A stretch of 18,588 nt of DNA from a virus (Duplodnaviria; Heunggongvirae; Uroviricota; Caudoviricetes). The notes under the pieces are model-generated. The model saw nothing but the letters and a program-made list of their open reading frames with translations. It had not been told where the DNA came from and did no database searches. The position numbers were made by a program, and so were the translations under genes. Each line of letters starts with the position of its first letter. The first letter of the stretch is position 1. The stretch covers positions 1-18,588 of the IMG/VR virus record IMGVR_UViG_2526164690_000035. The stretch is one strand, 5' to 3'. This document shows, piece after piece, positions 1 to 6,579 of the stretch.

Positions 1-227
1 CCAACGTTAAGCTGTTGAGTCGTTTTAAGTGTAATTCGGGGCAGAATTGGTAAAGAGAGTCGTGTAAAATATCGAGTTCGCACATCTTGTTGTCTGATTA
101 TTGATTTTTCGCGAAACCATTTGATCATATGACAAGATGTGTATCCACCTTAACTTAATGATTTTTACCAAAATCATTAGGGGATTCATCAGTGTTGAGT
201 GGCCAGTCGCCCCGCAATAAAAGGATA

Positions 228-255
228 AAGCCATCGATAGAAATATTGATGGCTT
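228..255 (-). terminator. Putative intrinsic terminator downstream of the acetyltransferase gene
   Basis: Inverted repeat aagccatcgata / tattgatggctt (12-bp stem, one G-T pair) around a 4-nt loop, beginning 8 nt past the TAG stop at 264-266; on the minus strand it is followed by a T-rich tract (TATCCTTTTATTG). Confidence 0.45.
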
Positions 256-263
256 CATGTACT

Positions 264-836
264 CTATTTATACAATACAACACCGCTCTTTTTTGTTATA
301 TATGTGCAGTTCGATGGTATATCTTTATTTATAAAAGACATTGCACCTATTTTTACATTATCCCCAATTTTACGTGATAATCCAATGATGCAACAATTAG
401 CTCCGATATCAACGTTATTACCAATTTTTACTCTTGAACCAGGCATGTCACCATCTACCTGTCCAATGGTAGTATTCTGTCGCAAAACCAGATTTTCACC
501 AGCATCAACAGCAAAATGAACAACAATTCCAGTATGATGGGGAATTGTTAAACCTTTTCCAATATTTGCGCCCAATCCAATTTCGCAACCAAATCTGTTA
601 ATTATATTATTGTTTAACTTTCTGGCTGCTTTCTTATGTAATTTATTGCCATTAATATACATTTCATTAGCCAGTCTCCACCAGAAAAGGAAATTCCGAT
701 TGCGCTGCTTCTTCTCTCTTAATAGTCGCCAAACATCCATTTTTTCACGCCTGATGATTTCAGCCATCCAGTAGCTCAATAGAGCTTTTGAATTCCCGAA
801 GATGACAAAGTGAATAGCTATTAAGTAACATAACAT
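264..836 (-). CDS. Hexapeptide-repeat (left-handed beta-helix) O-acetyltransferase, serine acetyltransferase/WcaB-like
   Basis: 190-aa ORF. Translation contains the CysE/WcaB-type core GCEIGLGANIGKGLTIPHHTGIVV followed by repeated [LIV]-G-x-x-x-x hexapeptides (KIGNNVDIGANCCIIGLSRKIGDNVKIGAMSF). Gene and flanks are visibly AT-rich relative to the rest of the window. Start codon uncertain (weak SD before the ATG at 836). Confidence 0.75.
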   Translation of the reverse strand: MLCYLIAIHFVIFGNSKALLSYWMAEIIRREKMDVWRLLREKKQRNRNFLFWWRLANEMYINGNKLHKKAARKLNNNIINRFGCEIGLGANIGKGLTIPHHTGIVVHFAVDAGENLVLRQNTTIGQVDGDMPGSRVKIGNNVDIGANCCIIGLSRKIGDNVKIGAMSFINKDIPSNCTYITKKSGVVLYK

Positions 837-1302
837 ATTGCAACTGCCTATATTTTTTGGTTTCTATGTTTATATATTGACATTATAATTAAAACAATAA
901 TCATCAGTGTGTTACTGCGTTCCTGCTAAACTAAATCAACGCACAATGTAAACACAAATGTTAATTTTAAACTGAGCGCTAAAGGGATGTCAATATTGTA
1001 TTGATAATGAGTTGCAAGATTGCCAACACTTTCTATATTTTTGGATGTAATAATTTATATTTTATCTATTTAGTGTTTCTTTAGACTTATTAAGGATGTC
1101 ATTATTAATTTATGGCTTGCCATTTCTATACATATCTGTTAAAAATTTTGACTTGTTTGTTGAAAATAGATTTAATTGATTGGTTTATTTTTACATGACG
1201 CTCTTTAATATAGCTTCAGGTATATATAAGCACAATGCATTATTTCCAGAGGAAATTAACAAAATTGTTAGCTCTTATTTGTTGAGCTTATAGATATTAA
1301 TT

Positions 1303-1322
1303 AAGGCCCGATTCCGGGCCTT
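1303..1322 (-). terminator. GC-rich hairpin at the boundary of the AT-rich island, possible terminator for the small minus-strand ORF
   Basis: aaggcccg-attc-cgggcctt (8-bp stem) immediately 3' of the stop at 1326 on the minus strand, followed on that strand by an A/T-rich stretch (AATTAATATCTAT); T-tract is imperfect. Confidence 0.35.
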
Positions 1323-1325
1323 TCC

Positions 1326-1562
1326 TCATTCCGGCTTTTCGGGAAACGTTACTGGAAGGATGGAGGTATCCGTGGATTCGACTTTCTGCGCATAGAGAAT
1401 CCACTCGGTTAATTTTTGTTTACCCTGAACGGAAATAATGCCTAGCCGTAACTGTGAGTCCCAGAGCTGAGTTTTATCCCTGACGAGCTGTAGCAGGCTT
1501 TGCTTTTCTTTTTCCGCTTGTTGTCTTTGCATGACCGGTTGAGAAGTTACTTTGCATACCAT
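1326..1562 (-). CDS. Small hypothetical protein (78 aa), antisense to and overlapping the 5' end of lydA
   Basis: In-frame ATG at 1560-1562 within the 165-aa track ORF 1326..1823; only the part downstream of lydA looks protein-like (MVCKVTSQPVMQRQQAEKEKQSLLQLVRDKTQLWDSQ...). An AGGAGG sits only 2 nt from this ATG, so the true start may differ (alternative ATG at 1532). Not recognised as a known family. Confidence 0.3.
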   Translation of the reverse strand: MVCKVTSQPVMQRQQAEKEKQSLLQLVRDKTQLWDSQLRLGIISVQGKQKLTEWILYAQKVESTDTSILPVTFPEKPE

Positions 1563-1590
1563 TACCTCCTGACAACGTAGGAGGGAACTT

Positions 1591-1920
1591 GTGCTTGACA
1601 CACAGGAATTAGCTCCAGTTGCTATTGCGCTCCTGCTTTCAGTAATTGGTGGGATAGGCACGTTCCTGATGGATGTCCGAGACGGTCGCCAGTCTGGCAA
1701 TTTGTTAGGATTGGTTACGGAGATCTTTGTTGCAGTGACAGCTGGCGCGGTGGCGTACCTATTGGGGCAACACGAGGGCTGGGAGTTATCAATTACGTAC
1801 TTAATGGTAACGATAGCCAGCAATAACGGTCATGAGGTGATTTCAGGGATGAAACGAGTGAATATCGATAGCATTCTGAATGTTCTTACAAGTTTGGTGA
1901 AAAAGGGAGGCGGGAAATGA
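1591..1920 (+). CDS. lydA: Holin, P1 LydA-like
   Basis: 109-aa protein with GTG start preceded by AGGAGGGAA; hydrophobic transmembrane segments (VAIALLLSVIGGIGTFLM, IFVAVTAGAVAYLLG) and charged C-terminus typical of holins. Position as first gene of the operon with lydB/hdf/darA matches my recollection of P1. Name assigned by synteny and size, not by alignment. Confidence 0.65.
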   Translation: MLDTQELAPVAIALLLSVIGGIGTFLMDVRDGRQSGNLLGLVTEIFVAVTAGAVAYLLGQHEGWELSITYLMVTIASNNGHEVISGMKRVNIDSILNVLTSLVKKGGGK

Positions 1921-2360
1921 TTGGCTGGGGTGTATGCGTTCTTGCGTTAGCCTTAGCCGATCGCTATTTGCTAAAACGCAAGGACATCACGCACTTAGAA
2001 CTTGGTGATGTGGAAATTAAACCGGGTTTCATCCGGGTGCCGTTCAAATACCGGTCTAAATTCCCGTTTTTGCGCGGCGCAACGGTCAGATATTGGATCC
2101 GCGATGTTCAGAAGCCGACGACAGTGATTGAAGGCGAACAACGTTGTCTGACGTCGGCTGAACAGGGCGAAAACAGTGAATGGTTGTACATACCCACTGA
2201 ATATATGGGTAAAGGAGAGCGACTGTGGCATTTCAACGTCATGGTTACGCATGGCGACTCGTTCATTAACCCGTTGTATCGGATTTTCCCTGTTACTCAG
2301 CAAATCCGCAGAAGTTACGTAATAAATCTCGCACAGGATGTGTCAGATGACGAAAAATAA
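1917..2360 (+). CDS. lydB: LydB-like holin antagonist
   Basis: 147-aa ORF overlapping the lydA stop by 4 nt (ATGA coupling); hydrophobic N-terminus MIGWGVCVLALALA. Assignment by position after lydA and size only. Confidence 0.55.
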   Translation: MIGWGVCVLALALADRYLLKRKDITHLELGDVEIKPGFIRVPFKYRSKFPFLRGATVRYWIRDVQKPTTVIEGEQRCLTSAEQGENSEWLYIPTEYMGKGERLWHFNVMVTHGDSFINPLYRIFPVTQQIRRSYVINLAQDVSDDEK

Positions 2361-2949
2361 GTATGCAACGGTCGATTTTGACCAGGTTAATGAAAAGGGG
2401 CTGAAATCCCTTATCGCGGCGATCAATAAAACCGGGGTTACGGTAATTGAGGTTGACTCCAGCAACCGCGCAACAACGAAAGATGGCGTTAAAGTTAAAA
2501 CCGCAAAGCTGGTTCTTAACGACGGACAAATTCTTGCCATACAGGTAAACGATACTGGCGATATATCGTCTGTGAAACTGAATGGAAAAGCTATTCCTAA
2601 CGCTCAGTCGCCGGATATCAAGACGCTTGGTACCGTCATGGGACAGGCGGCTCGCAAAAACTCCGCAAAATTCCAGAAATCACTGATCGCCAAAGCGAAG
2701 CGTGTTGCCAATCCGGTAGACAAGAAACCGGCAGTTAAATCCAACTTTCAGCGCCTGCAAGAGGCAAAACAGCGGAATGCTCAGGTGGTTGCCGCTTATA
2801 AATCAGCTCAGAACTCGGTGTCTTTCAATCAACAGCAGATCACTGATTTGCGGGGGAAGCTGGATAAGGAGACAGGCCGACTCAATAACGAAAAGGCCCG
2901 AAATGGCGAACTCAAACGCCGTCTTAAGCAACTGAAAGCAGGAAATTAA
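2338..2949 (+). CDS. hdf: Hdf-like protein (homolog of a DarA fragment)
   Basis: 203-aa ORF. Shares internal segments with the downstream 639-aa protein: KNSAKFQ (DNA aaaaactccgcaaaattccag at about 2653-2676 versus aaaaactcggcaaaattccag at about 3552-3575, 20/21 nt identical) and LNDGQILAIQV versus LSDGQTISILF. Likely true start is the ATG at 2347 (MTKNK), 8 nt after an AGGA. Confidence 0.6.
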   Translation: MCQMTKNKYATVDFDQVNEKGLKSLIAAINKTGVTVIEVDSSNRATTKDGVKVKTAKLVLNDGQILAIQVNDTGDISSVKLNGKAIPNAQSPDIKTLGTVMGQAARKNSAKFQKSLIAKAKRVANPVDKKPAVKSNFQRLQEAKQRNAQVVAAYKSAQNSVSFNQQQITDLRGKLDKETGRLNNEKARNGELKRRLKQLKAGN

Positions 2950-2950
2950 C

Positions 2951-4870
2951 ATGGAACAGTTCAATATCAATAAAGGGGTGACGATCAAGCCTGGGCTTGA
3001 CGTGCTTCCCCCGCCAGTGACTGATGATGAATATCGCGCATTAATGGCCGGTGAGGACCGCTATCTGATGACGGAATCCAACACCCTGGAGGAAATCGAG
3101 GCTACGTTCTTCTATGACACGCCGATCCACTGGTGTGCTACGGATTTACTGGAGGCGATTAGTTCTACTCGTTTGCAGTTACACCGGACCATGCAGGCAT
3201 TTGTCCGGGCATTGAACCAGAAGCTGAATGGTACCGGAATCTCTGCGGGGAGTGATAAAACGGGCGATGTGGCCCAGAGCGGCGCGCGCGCGATCGGCGG
3301 CGCTGAAATTGGTCGGGCACGTAACGTTAACGGGCTGCCGGTCCTGCCAGCCATTATTCCGCTCAGTGATGGTCAGACTATCAGCATTCTGTTTCATAGC
3401 CCGACAGCGGAAAACCGGATCACCAATAGCGATACGCTGGTTGCTTTCCAGTTCTTACTGAATAAAAAAGACGTTACTCACACCGTTGCTCCGATGAGTG
3501 GACGTGATATGACGCTGGCGCAGGTCACCATGAAACTTGCCAACCTTGCAGAGAAAAACTCGGCAAAATTCCAGCGTGCGCAGAAGAAGAAAAAAGCCCT
3601 TGTTGATGAAATAACCCAACTACAGGCTGACAGTGACCAGAAAGAGGATGCCATGAGCGACCTCGCGGATCAGGTGGCAGCGGTAGAAGGGCAGAAGGCA
3701 GATCTGGAGCAGAAAATTAACGCTGTTGCATCGGAAGCGGATTCTCTTTATGAAGAGAATGAGCGTTTGCAGACGGAGATTGATCAGCTCAATCGCACTG
3801 GTGGGCGCGATACCATTGCTCCTGCGGGGATGACTGGTGGGTACTCTCGCGCGCTGACGGATCGCCTTGCCAGTATCAAAAATCGTATGCATATGAACGG
3901 GGAAGTGACGCTCAGTAATGGTGCATCAATGAAGCAATTCATTGAGGACGGCGAAGGGTATATCCAGTTAACCGATTCGGATGGCAGCGTGTACATGATC
4001 AAGGCTAAATCCATACAGGGTGTGGACATGGCAGATGCGATCGGCAAGCTGTTTAAAGCCTATAAAGCGGGTAATGTATCGGAATATCTGGTCCAACCAG
4101 AAGAACATAAACCGGAAAACGTCGAACCTGAATCAGCGGAGGATACCGGTAGCTCTTTGCCTGAACCAGAAGTCTCTGTAGGTGCATATCGATATGCCCT
4201 GCAAATGCGTCCGGCGGCCCCTGGCGCAATACCTGAAGGTAACAAAGCAATTCTGCCGCGCCCTGATGAAGGTGACCCGTATTATGAATATGCACGCTAC
4301 GGCATTGTTACTTACGATACCCCGCTTTCTGATCAGCAAATGAGTGAGTACGACCTGAAGTTATTGCCTCGCGAGGATTCTTTCGACTTCCTGGCGAAGA
4401 CACTTACTAATGGTCCGTTTGGCAAATATGCACAAAAAGCTCTGGAGCTGGCCACCAGCTCACCAGACGAGTTCCGCGTAATGCTGAAAACTCAGTTTCA
4501 AAAAACTTTCCCCAATATTGCGTTTCCTGGGGGCGCTGGCATCGAGAAAATGGTGCAGAGCATGATCAATGCATTGCAGGCCGAAGTCGGTGAGATTACT
4601 CAACCAGAACCGGTCCCGGCACAGCCTGATGAAACGGTTAGCGAAGCAGATGCAGAGGCTAATAAAGCCATTGAATATCTCAATAGCGTGATGGATATGC
4701 AAAGCACTGACATGGCGGAGATCCGTAACGCCCGGGGCAATGTCCGGGAAGCGATTGCTGCCCTTCAGGCTGCCGGACGTTTTGAGGAAAACGAAGAGCT
4801 GGTTAACGGTGCTGCTCGCCACCTGGCTGATCTGCTGGTAGCAATCCAGAAAGCGGGGGTAGCGGCATGA
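2951..4870 (+). CDS. darA: DarA-like capsid-packaged antirestriction protein
   Basis: 639-aa ORF with central coiled-coil region (LQADSDQKEDAMSDLADQVAAVEGQKADLEQKINAVASEADSLYEENERLQTEIDQL) and acidic proline-rich linkers. Size, operon position after lydA-lydB-hdf and the Hdf paralogy match my recollection of P1 DarA; no alignment done. Confidence 0.65.
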   Translation: MEQFNINKGVTIKPGLDVLPPPVTDDEYRALMAGEDRYLMTESNTLEEIEATFFYDTPIHWCATDLLEAISSTRLQLHRTMQAFVRALNQKLNGTGISAGSDKTGDVAQSGARAIGGAEIGRARNVNGLPVLPAIIPLSDGQTISILFHSPTAENRITNSDTLVAFQFLLNKKDVTHTVAPMSGRDMTLAQVTMKLANLAEKNSAKFQRAQKKKKALVDEITQLQADSDQKEDAMSDLADQVAAVEGQKADLEQKINAVASEADSLYEENERLQTEIDQLNRTGGRDTIAPAGMTGGYSRALTDRLASIKNRMHMNGEVTLSNGASMKQFIEDGEGYIQLTDSDGSVYMIKAKSIQGVDMADAIGKLFKAYKAGNVSEYLVQPEEHKPENVEPESAEDTGSSLPEPEVSVGAYRYALQMRPAAPGAIPEGNKAILPRPDEGDPYYEYARYGIVTYDTPLSDQQMSEYDLKLLPREDSFDFLAKTLTNGPFGKYAQKALELATSSPDEFRVMLKTQFQKTFPNIAFPGGAGIEKMVQSMINALQAEVGEITQPEPVPAQPDETVSEADAEANKAIEYLNSVMDMQSTDMAEIRNARGNVREAIAALQAAGRFEENEELVNGAARHLADLLVAIQKAGVAA

Positions 4871-5232
4871 CACTATCAGCTATTGAGTTAATGGACCTCA
4901 GCGATAAGTTGGATGCTCTGATGTCCAAAGCGGCTACCGCGAGTGGCATGGAGTTGCTGGATATCAGCGATGAAATTGACCAGATCATGCAACAGATGGG
5001 GTACGGCGCGTCCGGCGGCAGTAGTGGCGAGGAAAAACAACCTTCGGTACATGATGGTGTGCCAAAACTGGTTGCTGATTTCCTGGCTGATAAATTCGTC
5101 GATCAGAGCACTGATGCATTTATCGGTACGTTACAGGACTTGAGTCAATATGTTGGCACATACATCGACCTGGACCAGGTTAAACAGCACACGGCGGCAT
5201 GGATAGCCGCCAACATTAAAGAGGCAGCGTGA
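4867..5232 (+). CDS. ddrA: DdrA-like small acidic protein
   Basis: 121-aa ORF overlapping the darA stop by 4 nt (ATGA). Acidic, Asp/Glu-rich. Named by position and size only. Its stop codon abuts the right end of the TnpB element. Confidence 0.5.
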   Translation: MTLSAIELMDLSDKLDALMSKAATASGMELLDISDEIDQIMQQMGYGASGGSSGEEKQPSVHDGVPKLVADFLADKFVDQSTDAFIGTLQDLSQYVGTYIDLDQVKQHTAAWIAANIKEAA

Positions 5233-5400
5233 CATCCTCCACGCCCCGAAGGGCGTGGATTCCTGCTACGTTCAGGCTGTCGCCTGAATCATTTCGGTGG
5301 GTTCCTGCTTCAACGGGCGGCCTGACTGCACCATCCCTCCACAGGCAAGTACGGCGTGCCCCGCCGCTAAAATGTTACGAGCGCCGTTTACATCGGCGTT
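5233..5400 (-). ncRNA. Putative TnpB omega RNA (right-end element RNA) scaffold
   Basis: Inference from established TnpB biology: the guide RNA derives from the 3' end of tnpB plus the right end, and a right-end hairpin is present at 5239-5258. Extent is not determinable from sequence alone. Confidence 0.25.
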
Positions 5401-6480
5401 CGCTGTATATCCACATACCTGGCATCTGAATTTACTTTGTGACAGGCGATTTTCTTTCGCTGTATGACCACAGCACGCGCAACGCTGGCTTGTGTACGCT
5501 GGCGGAACAGCAAGCACCTGACCGCCACGCCAGAGCTGCTTGTACTCAAGCTGGCGGCGCATTTCATACCAGCCCTGATCCAGTATCGAACGGTTTAAAC
5601 CTGATTTTGCCCGGACATTGCGACCCGGATGACTTATCGTTCCCGCCGCTGACTTTGACATGTATTTAACCTTCAAATCCTCAATGACAATCATTGCGTG
5701 GTTTTTGCTGACGGTCGTTGTGACTTTGTGAAGGTAGTCCCTGCGGATATTTGCGATACGGGAATGCAGTCGCTGTATTTTGCGTTTCTGCTTCTGCCAG
5801 TTGTTGCTGAATTTGACCTTGCGGCTTAACTGTCGCTGAAGTCTCGCCAGCTTCTTCTGGTTTTTCTGAAAACTATTTACAGGTTCAAAGACTGTGCCAT
5901 CTGACAGCGTGGCGAGTTTAGCCACGCCAGCATCCAGTCCGACCATTGATGCTGAAGGGTGAACAGGAGTGGATACCTCTCTTTCTGTCTGAATACTGAT
6001 GTACCACTTACCGCAGGACTGGCTGACAGTAACATTTTTCACAATACCCGTGACCTGACGGCTATTCCGGTAGCGCATCCAGCCAAGTTTCGGCAGAAAA
6101 ATACGGCTGTTTTCCTGATCGAGCTTAACACCCTGCGGGTAGCGGAATGCATCATTCTGTCCCCGCTTTTTGAATCGGGGAAAAGCTGCCCGATTCTGGA
6201 AGAAGTTTTTGTAAGCCCGCTCAAGGTCTTTCAGTGACTGTTGCAATGGCTGTGAGGGAGAATCTTTAAGCCATTCGGTTTCAGTGTCTTTTTTCCACTC
6301 AACCAACCAGGAAGCCATTTTCGTGTAAGGGATGTATTTTTTACCGGCCTCATGATTCTCATTCTGAAGCGCCAGAGCACGGTTGAAAACGAAACGACAA
6401 GCTCCGGCAAAGCGCCTCATTTGACGCTCCTGTTGACCATCTGGTTTTAACCGGAATTTGAATGACACCTGTTGTTTCAT
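5272..6480 (-). CDS. tnpB: TnpB (OrfB) RNA-guided nuclease of the IS200/IS605 family
   Basis: 402-aa ORF with a RuvC-like core and C-terminal zinc-finger pattern (SQRCACCGH ... [20 protein letters not shown]) characteristic of TnpB/OrfB proteins. Confidence 0.9.
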   Translation of the reverse strand: MKQQVSFKFRLKPDGQQERQMRRFAGACRFVFNRALALQNENHEAGKKYIPYTKMASWLVEWKKDTETEWLKDSPSQPLQQSLKDLERAYKNFFQNRAAFPRFKKRGQNDAFRYPQGVKLDQENSRIFLPKLGWMRYRNSRQVTGIVKNVTVSQSCGKWYISIQTEREVSTPVHPSASMVGLDAGVAKLATLSDGTVFEPVNSFQKNQKKLARLQRQLSRKVKFSNNWQKQKRKIQRLHSRIANIRRDYLHKVTTTVSKNHAMIVIEDLKVKYMSKSAAGTISHPGRNVRAKSGLNRSILDQGWYEMRRQLEYKQLWRGGQVLAVPPAYTSQRCACCGHTAKENRLSQSKFRCQVCGYTANADVNGARNILAAGHAVLACGGMVQSGRPLKQEPTEMIQATA

Positions 6481-6579
6481 GTCACTATTTTAAGCAAAAA
6501 TAGCCGGGAGGAAAACTGTGCCTTATATCCCCACTATGAGGAGCGTAGGGGGCGGCACATTGGATAAGGCGTAACAGGG

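Larger units (their letters stand above)
5233..6560 (-). mobile_element. IS200/IS605-family TnpB-only insertion element (IS1341-like); boundaries approximate
   Basis: Single tnpB ORF with no tnpA. A subterminal hairpin ccacgccc-cgaa-gggcgtgg at 5239-5258 sits just 3' of tnpB as expected for a right end. No matching left-end hairpin found in 6481-6579, so the left boundary is uncertain and the copy may be degenerate. Confidence 0.5.

Noticed and set aside
157-178. A/T-only inverted repeat aatgatttt-tacc-aaaatcatt
   Set aside because: A 9-bp stem made purely of A-T pairs is too weak to call a terminator, and no adjacent gene is identified that it could regulate as an operator.
25-258. 77-aa minus-strand ORF downstream of the acetyltransferase gene
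   Set aside because: Overlaps the putative terminator hairpin (228-255), has no convincing ribosome-binding site, and has Cys/Ser/Thr-rich low-complexity composition typical of a chance ORF in AT-rich DNA.
192-519. Plus-strand ORFs 192..377 and 304..519
   Set aside because: Antisense shadows lying entirely within or across the well-supported acetyltransferase gene.
1326-1823. Full-length 165-aa minus-strand ORF
   Set aside because: Its upstream two-thirds overlaps the lydA coding region on the opposite strand and translates to a Ser/Thr/Pro/Cys-rich junk-like sequence; only the downstream 78-aa portion is plausible.
1995-2540. Minus-strand ORFs 1995..2303, 2293..2529 and 2343..2540
   Set aside because: Antisense to lydB and hdf with no start signals; treated as frame shadows.
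3112-4873. Multiple minus- and plus-strand ORFs of 60-137 aa inside darA
   Set aside because: All are embedded in the 639-aa gene, which has clear coupling to its neighbours; compositions are Arg/Ser/Pro-rich as expected for out-of-frame readings of GC-rich coding DNA.
5229-6237. Plus-strand ORFs inside or antisense to tnpB (5229..5429, 5439..5669, 5959..6237) and minus-strand 6039..6224
   Set aside because: Shadow ORFs within the TnpB element; tnpB itself carries the recognisable motifs.
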